Shown here one piece after another: positions 24,597 through 34,141 of a stretch of 64,000 nucleotides of DNA. The notes beneath the pieces were generated by a model. The model did not search any database. It was not told where the DNA came from and saw nothing but the letters and a program-made list of their open reading frames with translations. The position numbers and the translations under genes were made by a program. The stretch lies in sequence record NC_061440.1; one strand, given 5' to 3'. Within the stretch, counting starts at the first letter, position 1; each line of letters starts with the position of its first letter.

Positions 24597-26357
24597 TTAG
24601 AACGCTTTACGTTCGATGTTGGAGTAGTACGTGTCATATGGTTCGCTATACAGCTCAGGGCCGCGCTGCGCACGAATGGTCACGTAACCAGTGTGTCGGT
24701 TGAACGCGATGATTTCGACTGTAGGCTGTTTCGGCTTGATGGTCGAATAAATCGGAGCGTTCATGGTTGGTTCGTCTGTCTGAATCTTATTTACAGATTG
24801 CAGAGCAGCACCAGACAGCGTAGGCAGATTGAATCTGATTTCCGCACGTTTCTGGCCGAACGCGATTTTGATTACACCAGCAGGAAGCTCAACGCCGTTC
24901 TGTTTCAGATACGCACCAATGCGACGAGCGATACCAGTCAACTGATCGCGTGTGCGAGGGTCGAATGTACCTTCGAAGCTGATTGCTTCTGCTGGCTGGC
25001 GCACGGACAGATGCAGACCTGTGTTGAAATAGCCTTCGGTCAGCAGGCGCAGCACTTCCTTCACGACTTCTTTCGTGTTGGATTTGATAGCAGCGATTTT
25101 GAGTTCAGGCACGTCAACCTTAATCGGGTCACGCAGTTCGGTCTGGTTGTCCATGTAGCCGAGTGATACGTGTTTCGCTTTGGTGTACGTGTGCTGCAAC
25201 ACACCAGTAGCGCGAATCAATACAGAGCCAGACTTCGATTGATCATACAGTTCGTCGCTGGTGGTTGTGCTAAACAGGTAATAGTCTGTAGGCACTGCCA
25301 TACGATTAACCGCTTCAACTGCTTTCGTCTGTACTTCTTTTACAGTTTTACCGAAGACAACACGACTACGGTTAGGCTGTGCTGCCGAGACAGGGAAGAA
25401 GGCGCCGTATACAACCTGCACGTTCTTCTGAATAGGCTTGGAAGAGTTTACCTTGATACCGCCTTGCAGCGGAGGTAGCTTCACGCCCACCAGCTTACCG
25501 TTAACGATAGCTTTGTTTGCTACAACAGGCTTGAGGCCAGACAGCAGTTTCTGCAACTCAGCGCCATCAAGAATCTTCTCAAGCGGAACAGCAAGGTTCT
25601 GCGGCAGATAGTGTTTCTTGCGGAACGAGTAGATAACTGTGTCTTTCTTGATCTGCAAAGGCGTAGCCATGTTGCGACCAATCTGACCTACAGGCTGGAA
25701 CGTGTTCTTCTTGTCATCCGCAATGGTACCGAATGCTTTCGTGAACTCAGACTGTCCGATGATGTTAGCCACACGCTGGTGACCACGAACGATAAACACG
25801 ATCTTCGGTTCGTCTTTCAGGCGCAGTTCGTAACGGTCACGGTTCAGATAAACCATGCTGTACTTATCGCCTTTCTCCAGCTCAAGGTCATACTCATCGT
25901 TGGCGTCATCAACCACGACTTTCTTACCTTGATACGTTGCGTACTGACGAGCAGCAGACTCGGAGGCAATCTCCATAGCCTTACCAGTATTCGACAGCGC
26001 AACAGCAAAGTCAGTTACAGCAGGCATCAGATCAACAGACGATGCAACCGCGTAGCTGTTACGGCGTTCACCGAGATGCAGATGCACGGCACTTGAAGCA
26101 GACATGAATACAGTGTTACCTGTGTCTTCATGCTTACCTGCAAAGTTCATACCGCTAATGCGTTCGATGATGTTGGCGCTTAACGCAGGAAACGCGATAT
26201 CGCTACCAGCAGTGAAGTCAAAAATCTCACCGTGACGCCATGCGTATGCCACGTTGTTCGAGCTAAGACCGACAAACGCATCGCCGATCTGCTTAACAGT
26301 CATCGGCATGATACTCAAGTCACGAATGACCGAGTTTTGCTTTTGAATAAGATTCAT
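24597..26357 (-). CDS. Hypothetical protein with SH3-like paralogous domain, probable internal head protein (586 aa)
   Basis: Contains IASESAARQ-YATYQG...LEKGDKYSM...YEL..KDEP..VF, the module shared with three other proteins in the window. Confidence 0.7.
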   Translation of the reverse strand: MNLIQKQNSVIRDLSIMPMTVKQIGDAFVGLSSNNVAYAWRHGEIFDFTAGSDIAFPALSANIIERISGMNFAGKHEDTGNTVFMSASSAVHLHLGERRNSYAVASSVDLMPAVTDFAVALSNTGKAMEIASESAARQYATYQGKKVVVDDANDEYDLELEKGDKYSMVYLNRDRYELRLKDEPKIVFIVRGHQRVANIIGQSEFTKAFGTIADDKKNTFQPVGQIGRNMATPLQIKKDTVIYSFRKKHYLPQNLAVPLEKILDGAELQKLLSGLKPVVANKAIVNGKLVGVKLPPLQGGIKVNSSKPIQKNVQVVYGAFFPVSAAQPNRSRVVFGKTVKEVQTKAVEAVNRMAVPTDYYLFSTTTSDELYDQSKSGSVLIRATGVLQHTYTKAKHVSLGYMDNQTELRDPIKVDVPELKIAAIKSNTKEVVKEVLRLLTEGYFNTGLHLSVRQPAEAISFEGTFDPRTRDQLTGIARRIGAYLKQNGVELPAGVIKIAFGQKRAEIRFNLPTLSGAALQSVNKIQTDEPTMNAPIYSTIKPKQPTVEIIAFNRHTGYVTIRAQRGPELYSEPYDTYYSNIERKAF

Positions 26358-26365
26358 ATAAATCC

Positions 26366-26800
26366 CTAATACGAAACAAGGCGGAAGGCGTTCTGCTTGA
26401 GCAGATTGAGATTGCCCAGCATCAGGCTGTAGGCCAGAGTGCCGTGCTGCGCGATCAGACTATCAGGAACGATAGACCCGAAGTAAATCGAGTTGTCTGG
26501 TCGCGTGTTAATCTCCTCACCAATAGACTTCATTGCGTCAGGGACAACGAAGCACCACGGTTCAGCAACGTACTTACCGCGCACGTACTGAACTCTATAG
26601 CCAACAGCCATGTGCTGGCCTTTGGTAGGGCGGCACGAAAAAACATCCGCGTTCTGGTTGCGTGACTTACGAACCGCAAACAGAGCCATAGTCAGAAAGC
26701 GCTGTTCGAACTGCGGCATGAATGCGTTATCTTCGCAAATCTTTTTCAGAACCGCCTCTTGTCGAGCTTTAGGCATCGACGAGAACAAGTTTAAGTTCAT
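26366..26800 (-). CDS. Hypothetical protein (144 aa)
   Basis: ATGA overlap with tmk. No recognised motif. Confidence 0.7.
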   Translation of the reverse strand: MNLNLFSSMPKARQEAVLKKICEDNAFMPQFEQRFLTMALFAVRKSRNQNADVFSCRPTKGQHMAVGYRVQYVRGKYVAEPWCFVVPDAMKSIGEEINTRPDNSIYFGSIVPDSLIAQHGTLAYSLMLGNLNLLKQNAFRLVSY

Positions 26801-27411
26801 GACAGTTGCGCGAGAATCTGGCGTACAACGTCAGACACCGAATTGACCTCAGTATCAATAACTAAATCAAAGCCGCCCGGCACTTCAAGGTAGCGCTGAT
26901 TGTATTGCTCGAACACTTCTTTGGTCTGACGCTTTTCAATGCGGTCTTCACCACCGATGCGAATCTTACGACGCTCAACGGAAGTTTCATAACCACAGGT
27001 CAGCAGCACGGTCAGTCGGTTCTCAGGAGCAAGCGCTTCCCAAGTGTGCTGATAGATGTGTGCGTTAACATCTGACTCACCCGCCTGATAGACGTATGTT
27101 GATGGGTACCCACGGTCAGCAATGATAACGGTATCTGGTTCGTTTTCCAGAATACGTTCATAGGCTGTCATCGTGGAGGAACGTGCAGCAAGGAAAAGCA
27201 GCAGTTCCGTACGCGGGTCCATACCTTCGTTAAGAGGGTTTGAATTGGACAGCAGAACATCACGAATGTGTTCGGCCAGAGGCGTACCACCAGGCTCGCG
27301 CAAACGCAAAGTCTTTGCGCCGCGTTGTGTGAGAATCTCAGACAGAGCAGTACATACAGTAGACTTACCGCTACCCTCTGGGCCTTCGACTAAGAGATAG
27401 ATTGAGTTCAT
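26797..27411 (-). CDS. tmk: Thymidylate (dTMP) kinase
   Basis: P-loop VEGPEGSGKST, REPGGT..AE.IR, ELLLFLAAR, IIADRGYPSTYVYQ, DRIE lid. Confidence 0.92.
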   Translation of the reverse strand: MNSIYLLVEGPEGSGKSTVCTALSEILTQRGAKTLRLREPGGTPLAEHIRDVLLSNSNPLNEGMDPRTELLLFLAARSSTMTAYERILENEPDTVIIADRGYPSTYVYQAGESDVNAHIYQHTWEALAPENRLTVLLTCGYETSVERRKIRIGGEDRIEKRQTKEVFEQYNQRYLEVPGGFDLVIDTEVNSVSDVVRQILAQLS

Positions 27412-27420
27412 AATGAGTCC

Positions 27421-27909
27421 TTAGGCAAATCGCCCACCTCGCCATGCGGCCTTGATGAGCAATTTCGCCACGATTTCGTTCTTCATTGTCTTTCGCTTGG
27501 CGTTGCTTCTGACAAATGCAGAGCCGAACTTATTCACGACGATTAGGCCGCAGCCTAACTCTTTTATGCGACCAATTATTTTGTCGCCGTGAGTTTCAAA
27601 CAGTTGTTCGTCAATGATGAAGTACATGCGCATACAGAAAGGCAAATACTTGTGCCACTTCTTATCGGTATTGAAGTCAGCCCAGCAACTCTTAACCTCA
27701 GTGATAATCATATCACACTTGGTATTCAGGCAGAACACGTCGGCCCTTAAGTTACCGTGCTTTATCAATCCGAGTTCAACGTGACAGGAATAGCGTTTGT
27801 CAATCCAGTAGCGCTGCGCGGCTTCGGTGAGAAAGGCCGTCTTATCAGGACGGCTCATTGATTTGAATACTGCTTGAATGGGTTCAGCCTTGCGCCGCTT
27901 ATAGGCCAT
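27421..27909 (-). CDS. MmcB-like PD-(D/E)xK nuclease-fold DNA-repair protein (162 aa)
   Basis: LRADVFCL...IITEVKSCWADF.TDKKW..YLPFC.RMYF matches the MmcB family pattern. Confidence 0.75.
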   Translation of the reverse strand: MAYKRRKAEPIQAVFKSMSRPDKTAFLTEAAQRYWIDKRYSCHVELGLIKHGNLRADVFCLNTKCDMIITEVKSCWADFNTDKKWHKYLPFCMRMYFIIDEQLFETHGDKIIGRIKELGCGLIVVNKFGSAFVRSNAKRKTMKNEIVAKLLIKAAWRGGRFA

Positions 27910-28357
27910 ACGATTCGATAATGTCCAGGGCTTGCTCTACAATTGGACGGAGTTTCCTGTCCAGTTTACGCAGAGCCTTATCCGCTTTGAACCATTTGCG
28001 TTCACGCGTCAGGGCTTCATCATACTCGGTCAGCATAGTCTTGACCTTCATGACGTACCATTCAACGTGTTGCTCACGGCCGGTTTTGCCTTTGACGTAA
28101 CGCATGATATCTACGAAGTCTTTCGGCTTACCGAGAACACCAGCTTCTTCCATAGCTTCTTTAAGCGCACTGTCGAGTGCAGTCATTCCCTTCTCCACGC
28201 CGCCTTTTGGGAGACCCCAATTGCCTGCATGGGTTGTACGAATGAGCAAGAGTTCAATCGTACCATCCTTTTTCTTGCGATATGGGATAACGCCAGACTG
28301 CTTACGAGGTTTCTTCTCGCTTGGCAGCTTGGCTGACAATGACACGTTGATCATCAT
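27899..28357 (-). CDS. Nudix hydrolase (Ap4A/DIPP-like subfamily, 152 aa)
   Basis: Nudix box WGLPKGGVEKGMTALDSALKEAMEEAGV. N-terminal RKQSGVIPYR...ELLLI. Confidence 0.9.
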   Translation of the reverse strand: MMINVSLSAKLPSEKKPRKQSGVIPYRKKKDGTIELLLIRTTHAGNWGLPKGGVEKGMTALDSALKEAMEEAGVLGKPKDFVDIMRYVKGKTGREQHVEWYVMKVKTMLTEYDEALTRERKWFKADKALRKLDRKLRPIVEQALDIIESYGL

Positions 28358-28857
28358 AATGAATCAAGTCCTCTCGGGAGGTCAACATCCCACGAGCCAG
28401 CGTTGTCTTTCCACAGACCTTGGTTCTGTAACTCTTTATAAGCGTCATAAAGAGAAACACGAGCCTGTACCGAGACTTCGTTGGTACCCGCAGCACCTAA
28501 GCTGTAGCAATACGTGCAGCCTGGGAAGTATTGTGTACGGGTCGCCTCATATGTGTCAAACACAATTTGGCCTTCGCTATTAGAGATAACAGCGTGTGAC
28601 GCCATACCACCTTGACCGAGAATGACGATATCATAATCGGGATGCTGTTTATAGCAGCGTTGAATGAACTCGGCGCAGTCTGCAAATGGTCGAGCTACGG
28701 CAGCAGCGCGATTGCAGTTAAACTGGGCGGCAGACTCAGAAAGAGAACGCGCACCAGTAAGATTCATAGCCGAGGCAAAGATAAGAGTTGCGAGCGATTC
28801 AGGCTCAACGGCAGTGGGGAAAAACTTTGTGCCCCACGCTTGTGATAGCGAAAGCAT
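28354..28857 (-). CDS. Hypothetical protein, possible papain/transglutaminase-like fold (167 aa)
   Basis: AAGGAG SD. Candidate triad FNC..AA / SHAVI / VFD. Starts MLSLSQA. Confidence 0.6.
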   Translation of the reverse strand: MLSLSQAWGTKFFPTAVEPESLATLIFASAMNLTGARSLSESAAQFNCNRAAAVARPFADCAEFIQRCYKQHPDYDIVILGQGGMASHAVISNSEGQIVFDTYEATRTQYFPGCTYCYSLGAAGTNEVSVQARVSLYDAYKELQNQGLWKDNAGSWDVDLPRGLDSL

Positions 28858-28886
28858 GGACGTCTCCTTATACGATAGTCTCAGCT

Positions 28887-28894
28887 AAATTAGT
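28887..28894 (-). promoter_or_regulatory. ACTAATTT variant of the candidate late promoter
   Basis: Intergenic, 30 nt upstream of the 28857 start. Confidence 0.45.
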
Positions 28895-28898
28895 GTGC

Positions 28899-29186
28899 TT
28901 AGTCTTCTGGGCAGATAAGCACCTGACGACCCTGTTGATAATAAGAGTCTGGTGCTCGCCCTATTACGATAGCGCGTTTGCACATAAATGCAGGCTTGCG
29001 CAGAGCAACGTTACAACCGCCGTGCGAGAGTACAGCCATAGCTTCTGCTTTAGCTGGCCCAGTCAGGCACAACGTATGCGAGTAAAACGGCTTTTGTGCT
29101 TTCTTCATCGTGCGTGACATTAAAGCGCGGATGCGTTCGGCCTGGCCTGATGTAGGTACATGATCGCAGTACACGGCGATATTCAT
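28899..29186 (-). CDS. Small protein, possibly BRCT-like (95 aa)
   Basis: TLCLTG...EA...L..GGCNV....IVIG..P.S resembles the BRCT consensus. GGAG SD. Confidence 0.5.
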   Translation of the reverse strand: MNIAVYCDHVPTSGQAERIRALMSRTMKKAQKPFYSHTLCLTGPAKAEAMAVLSHGGCNVALRKPAFMCKRAIVIGRAPDSYYQQGRQVLICPED

Positions 29187-29908
29187 TTGCCAGCTCCTTT
29201 GATGTTCAGAATGCCGTTGAAAACAGTGAACTTATCAGAGAAATGGCCGACCACGTTACCGAGACTATGCACATCGCCATGGCCACCGTAAGGATTAAAA
29301 TCTGCGAGGTCGATTTGCAGATGCGATGCACTGATGGGATTGAATCCTGTTTCTTTAATGAAGATGGTATGGCCATCATAACGAGGCTTATCAGTAAAGA
29401 GCACACCCATGTTAGACCACGTATTGGAGCTGGACTCCAGCACGAAGACAGACGCCTGGTAAAACTTCGCTCCCAGGTCTGGTGCCGTGTCTTGGACGTA
29501 GTGGTAATCTTCATGATCAGCAACGATAACGTCCACAGTAATGAGTTCCGCTTCATTTCTACGGTTGCGCAACCAGCTCTGCATACAGCGCGTAAAGTAG
29601 TCCGCCATTGCGCAACAAATGCAGCTACGGTTCGTCGGGTCTTTTTCGGCGCGAGGGATTGCAGTGACATTGCGGTCGGAGAATTTCCATGTGACATGAT
29701 CGGTTACCAGATTACCAGATTGAAACTCAAACTCCTCGTCATTGATAACGAAGATGTTTTTACGCTGCATTACGATGTTCGACAATACATGGGCCGCGCT
29801 GTTTTGCAGGCCCAGAGGATATTGAAGCAATACGCGAGCAGTGACGACACGAGGAACCCCGTTTTCGAGATAAGCGAAGTTCATTGTGCGATGCGCTACA
29901 GAAAGCAT
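29183..29908 (-). CDS. Hypothetical protein (241 aa)
   Basis: AAGGA SD and long ORF. No recognised motif. Confidence 0.7.
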   Translation of the reverse strand: MLSVAHRTMNFAYLENGVPRVVTARVLLQYPLGLQNSAAHVLSNIVMQRKNIFVINDEEFEFQSGNLVTDHVTWKFSDRNVTAIPRAEKDPTNRSCICCAMADYFTRCMQSWLRNRRNEAELITVDVIVADHEDYHYVQDTAPDLGAKFYQASVFVLESSSNTWSNMGVLFTDKPRYDGHTIFIKETGFNPISASHLQIDLADFNPYGGHGDVHSLGNVVGHFSDKFTVFNGILNIKGAGK

Positions 29909-29918
29909 GGTACGTCCT

Positions 29919-30707
29919 TTAGTTCAGGTTGATTGTCTGTCCATTTACAGTTACATCCTGACCTGCCTCGATATTAACAGCGCCCCTTACATCCAACACG
30001 TCATCGCCCTTAACAGTAACTTTACGACTCCCACCAATCTCAACAGTCTGGTTGCCTGTGATCTTAGTGTACTGGTTGCCTGCATCGTTCTTCTGCGTAC
30101 CTTTGAACTTGATACGCTTCTTCGGGTCAGGCTTCAAGGACTTAGGCGTCATCACAGGGTCATTCAAGATATAGTCTGGAATGTCGTTCTTACTGCCTGT
30201 GATAATCAGTTGCTGATTGCCTACGATAGTCTGGTTAACGTCACCCATGATTGTCATGTTGAAGTCCCCCGACGTCACAAGGAAGTGCTCGTTGGTCAGG
30301 CGGTCAATGATGAGCTGGGTGCCAGTAGACAGACGCACACCCACGCGATGCGGATAGTTCACGAGGAACTCAGGCAGTTGGTCAGCCTCTGTCATGCGCA
30401 CGTTGGTGCTATACATACCTTCGTGCAATTGACCAGTAGGGAACTTCACATTGACCTTAGCACCACGCGTAGGAATGAATGACGCGCCAAACGTCACACC
30501 CTGTGAGCCGCCTTTAAGCCCTTCGAGATGACCAACAGCAGGGCGAATCCAGGGTATCATGTCGTCGGCAATGTCGTCAGTCAGACCCATGATACGTGCT
30601 CGAATCTGACCGATGCGTCGAGGGTCGTTGTTGTCGATTACGATTGCCTCATAATCCATTTGAGGGTCGATGCCTTTCTTGGCGTTCACACTATTCAGAG
30701 GAATCAT
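29919..30707 (-). CDS. Baseplate central spike, T4 gp5-like OB-fold plus beta-helix (262 aa)
   Basis: YEAIVIDNNDP...GQIRARI.G, PW.RP, P.RG.KV.V.FP.G...Y, followed by V.GD/I.GNQ beta-helix repeats. Confidence 0.85.
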   Translation of the reverse strand: MIPLNSVNAKKGIDPQMDYEAIVIDNNDPRRIGQIRARIMGLTDDIADDMIPWIRPAVGHLEGLKGGSQGVTFGASFIPTRGAKVNVKFPTGQLHEGMYSTNVRMTEADQLPEFLVNYPHRVGVRLSTGTQLIIDRLTNEHFLVTSGDFNMTIMGDVNQTIVGNQQLIITGSKNDIPDYILNDPVMTPKSLKPDPKKRIKFKGTQKNDAGNQYTKITGNQTVEIGGSRKVTVKGDDVLDVRGAVNIEAGQDVTVNGQTINLN

Positions 30708-32599
30708 TTATTCACCCGTGGCATATACATTTCAAGACGCTCACCGTCAGGCGTGCCGTGCGTACTTGAACCATCAACAGTACCGTCACCAAGAGAGCAC
30801 AGGAAGTTACGCAGGTTCTCTTCCTGCTGGCGAATGAGCTGGCTCAGGTTCGTACTTGGACCAAGCAGCTTGCTGATAGACAGAGCATCGAGACACTTAT
30901 CAGGCAGAGCATCGCTCATCATACGGTTCATATCGTCCAGCTTGTTGCTTACGCAGCGCTGGTTGATTTGAGGACCGTCGAGATACTCAGCAGGGATATC
31001 GCCGTTAGCAATCAGACCGTTCACGTCATTGGTGAAGCCACCAAGCATGTTCTCCATGCTATCAAGACGTGAGGCGAGGCCGTCGAGTATGCCACCCTTG
31101 TAATTGATCGCAAGGTTGACACTCAACTTCTCCAGACTGTTCAGTGCGCTACAAATACCAGTCAGATACTTCGCCATATTGAACTCTTGCATCAGAGCAT
31201 TCAGGTAGTCAACACCTTCACCATACTTAGCAGCCAGCTCAGGGAATTTGAACGCTTCTGATTCTGTCTGGAACTGGTCAAGCATAACGTCCAGCTGGAG
31301 ATTGTGTTGCTGCGAAAGCCAGTCGATAGGATTTGAGCCATCAAGCGCCTGTTTGATGTTCGCGTTAATCTGGAACGGACGCAGAACGTTAGCAACCGTA
31401 GACAGCGGAGTCTGGATGATGTTCGAGCCACCACCAATGTTCGACGTACCCTCAACAGGAGTGAAGTTACGCGACAGCAAGAACGCTTCGCTATACATGC
31501 CACCAGAGAAGACGCGAGTACGGCCGATGACCAGCCACTTGCCTGATACCTTGATATCAGTTTCGACTTCACGATGACCGTTAATCACACCAGCAGATAC
31601 ATCGACAATATCAAAGATATCGACTTCTGGACAGCCGCCTAAGATGAGAGCGCGAGCAGTCTCGGTGTAAGCCATAGACTGGCGTTTGTTGTTGTAGTAC
31701 GCCTGCATGTACTTATCGTGAATGTTGATATCGTTCGTTGGTCGAGCGTAGGCCTTACGAGCACCAGCAATATCACCACGCGTGTCGCTGTTAATGTTCA
31801 GCGGGTCACGACCTTTGACAGTCACTGAGGACAGTTCGTTCGTCTTGCCCTTGCTATCGGCCCACAGCAGCTTCTCGCCATAGTTCGACATGCCGTTGAA
31901 GATACCACTCATGGACTTCGGCCGGAACTCATGCAGGTTATAGAGCGGCGTGTCGCCTGTAGGCTTATGGTTGAATAACCAGTACGCCTTAGGGTCTTCG
32001 TCAAACAGTTTGTTGATATCGCGCACTACCATACGCTTGTCGGCAGTGATGAACATCTTAGGCAGCGCTTCTTCACTTACCCACATGTGCTGTTCGATTT
32101 CGTGAGCGAACTTCTTAGGCGAACACGTTGCAGATACCCAGCTCATGATATCTGACGTTTGAATGTCACCGAAGTCAGGCGTCAAGCCGCCGAAAGAGGC
32201 AACTTGTTTTAAAGCATCAATGGAGGTTCCGCGAATGGAGAAGCTACGCGTATCAAAGAGAAAAGCAGGTGCGTCGAGAGCACACAGCACATTAAGCATT
32301 GGTGCGCCACCCTCACCGTATTCGCGCACAGCAAACACAGAGAACGTGAACGTAGACGCCGATTCCTGATCAGGCCCCATCATCAATGTTATTTTCGTAC
32401 CGTCCACAATCGCGTGGGTAGAGCGTAGTACGTTCGTCTGGTCAGAGAATTTGATCAGAGCGCAGGGCACAGCGAAGGTGTTTTCAAACACTTGGACGGA
32501 ATTGATTAGGTTCGGCATAGACGGCGGTGCTTTGCCGTCTAACAAAAGACCAAAGAAGCCTTGGTCTTTTACGCCGCCAGATGTTGCTTGGTCAGCCAT
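30704..32599 (-). CDS. Baseplate hub protein, gp27/VgrG-like (631 aa)
   Basis: Position next to the spike gene. SGKWLV.G.TR.F..G.YSE.F.L.R hub C-terminal motif. Confidence 0.65.
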   Translation of the reverse strand: MADQATSGGVKDQGFFGLLLDGKAPPSMPNLINSVQVFENTFAVPCALIKFSDQTNVLRSTHAIVDGTKITLMMGPDQESASTFTFSVFAVREYGEGGAPMLNVLCALDAPAFLFDTRSFSIRGTSIDALKQVASFGGLTPDFGDIQTSDIMSWVSATCSPKKFAHEIEQHMWVSEEALPKMFITADKRMVVRDINKLFDEDPKAYWLFNHKPTGDTPLYNLHEFRPKSMSGIFNGMSNYGEKLLWADSKGKTNELSSVTVKGRDPLNINSDTRGDIAGARKAYARPTNDINIHDKYMQAYYNNKRQSMAYTETARALILGGCPEVDIFDIVDVSAGVINGHREVETDIKVSGKWLVIGRTRVFSGGMYSEAFLLSRNFTPVEGTSNIGGGSNIIQTPLSTVANVLRPFQINANIKQALDGSNPIDWLSQQHNLQLDVMLDQFQTESEAFKFPELAAKYGEGVDYLNALMQEFNMAKYLTGICSALNSLEKLSVNLAINYKGGILDGLASRLDSMENMLGGFTNDVNGLIANGDIPAEYLDGPQINQRCVSNKLDDMNRMMSDALPDKCLDALSISKLLGPSTNLSQLIRQQEENLRNFLCSLGDGTVDGSSTHGTPDGERLEMYMPRVNK

Positions 32600-32601
32600 G
32601 A

Positions 32602-33045
32602 TTAGCCCTCAGCGTCAAGCTCAATCGCAATGGCTTTCAACTTCGCTGCAAGTAACTTTATCTCGGAAGACTTGGGTTGAATGTTGAAGCCACCGCGACC
32701 TGGCTTGATCTCAGAATCGTTTTTGGTGTTGTACCACTTACGCACTGCAACGACACGGTTACCGGCATCATCGCCTACGAGGTCAACAGACAGGAAGCTA
32801 TGTTCACCAATCTGAATACGGAAGACTTCAGGCTCAGAAGTCTCTTTGCGAGTCTCCTTTACCTTCTTCTGCTTGGGACGCTTGAGTTCAGTGTTCTTTC
32901 CAGCAGGCTTCTCAGACTTCTTGGCTTTCTTAGCCTTGACGCGCTTGAGTTCTTCTGCCTGTTCGGCAAGAGGCTTATCACGCTTCAATGTCCGCTTGAT
33001 CTTCTTCGCTTTCTCGCCTACGATTTTGCCGTTAACCATTGCCAT
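32602..33045 (-). CDS. PC4/Sub1-like ssDNA-binding protein with Lys-rich N-terminus (147 aa)
   Basis: VVAVRKWY...EIKPGRGGFNI...I..L...L matches the PC4 fold signature. Confidence 0.7.
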   Translation of the reverse strand: MAMVNGKIVGEKAKKIKRTLKRDKPLAEQAEELKRVKAKKAKKSEKPAGKNTELKRPKQKKVKETRKETSEPEVFRIQIGEHSFLSVDLVGDDAGNRVVAVRKWYNTKNDSEIKPGRGGFNIQPKSSEIKLLAAKLKAIAIELDAEG

Positions 33046-33338
33046 TAGATTTGCGTCCTCTTAACTTTCTTAATAGCAGCACTAGGCCGCTTTTGTGGGA
33101 ACACGACTAGCATCCCCGCTTTAAGTTCAGAGGGATGCAGCAGTGCGTTTGCGATCAGTATGAAATTCCAGTAACCGTTAGAGCCGTATTTGTTCACGGA
33201 CAACAGCTGCGGGTTACCCTCAAGTGCGGCATCAATACGCTCGGACGTTCCCGTCTGGGCAGCATCAACATCATCAAAGATCTTCATGGTCAGAGGATCA
33301 ATGCCCCACTTGTCGATTACGCCGATTGTTTCAGCCAT
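33045..33338 (-). CDS. Baseplate wedge protein, gp53/LysM-like (97 aa)
   Basis: LLSVNKYGS..YW.FIL.AN.L.HP.ELKAG..V..P. Confidence 0.7.
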   Translation of the reverse strand: MAETIGVIDKWGIDPLTMKIFDDVDAAQTGTSERIDAALEGNPQLLSVNKYGSNGYWNFILIANALLHPSELKAGMLVVFPQKRPSAAIKKVKRTQI

Positions 33339-34129
33339 TTACGAAGGTCCTCACGCGTCACAGCGAAGTAGCTACTCACCTGCAGGATGAAGTCAACGCT
33401 GATAGGGTTACCTGTCCCGTCTTCCCACACGTTGTCGAAGTTCGCGCTAACGTTATCGACTACGCAAGGACTCATCGAGAAGAAATTACCAATATCAACA
33501 AAGAACGCTTCACTGTCTTCCAGAATACCGCCCATTGCAGCATTCGCCGCGTCAGCAGTACCGCCACTGGCTGCAAGTGTCATCGCTTCCATACTAACGG
33601 ACTTCAATGGACTTGGGCCAGGTGGAAGCAGCAAGCCTCCATTCTCAGAAGGAGCACAGAGCGACAACAGGTTGATTGTTGTATCTACCACTTCGCTTTT
33701 CGTATCAGAGTAAGCATCGACAAAGATAGGCAGGTCGACCTGCATATAGCTAGGACCGCCCCACACGCGAGCACTCGCCAGCTTGTGCATAGAACTTGCA
33801 CCAGCGAACTTGAGCGCCTTATCCATCATGCCTGCGCTATTCCCAATGAAACCACCAAGAGCACCAGTTCTACCACCTACGCCAGCTAACGCATTACCTG
33901 CGTTACCAACAACGTCTGCAACTGATGTATTCATGAACGGTGATTCCCAGGAAGAACCTAAGCTGAACGTGAAGTCAGGAGGAATGAACCCCGTGAACTT
34001 AATCGTGCCACTCTTGTTATAGATCTTTACTCGGTACATGTTATCGACAGAGATGATATCGTCACGCGACCGAGCAGTACCTATAGCAGTGGCTTGCCCA
34101 CCATCGGCGGGCATTAAGTAGTTAGCCAC
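33317..34129 (-). CDS. Baseplate tail-tube initiator, gp48/gp54-like (270 aa)
   Basis: F.FSLGSSWESPF, W.G.S...V.LP, IGNFFSM.PCVV.NVS..FD...P.SV.F.L.V. Confidence 0.6.
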   Translation of the reverse strand: MANYLMPADGGQATAIGTARSRDDIISVDNMYRVKIYNKSGTIKFTGFIPPDFTFSLGSSWESPFMNTSVADVVGNAGNALAGVGGRTGALGGFIGNSAGMMDKALKFAGASSMHKLASARVWGGPSYMQVDLPIFVDAYSDTKSEVVDTTINLLSLCAPSENGGLLLPPGPSPLKSVSMEAMTLAASGGTADAANAAMGGILEDSEAFFVDIGNFFSMSPCVVDNVSANFDNVWEDGTGNPISVDFILQVSSYFAVTREDLRKWLKQSA

Positions 34130-34141
34130 ACAAACTCCTTA

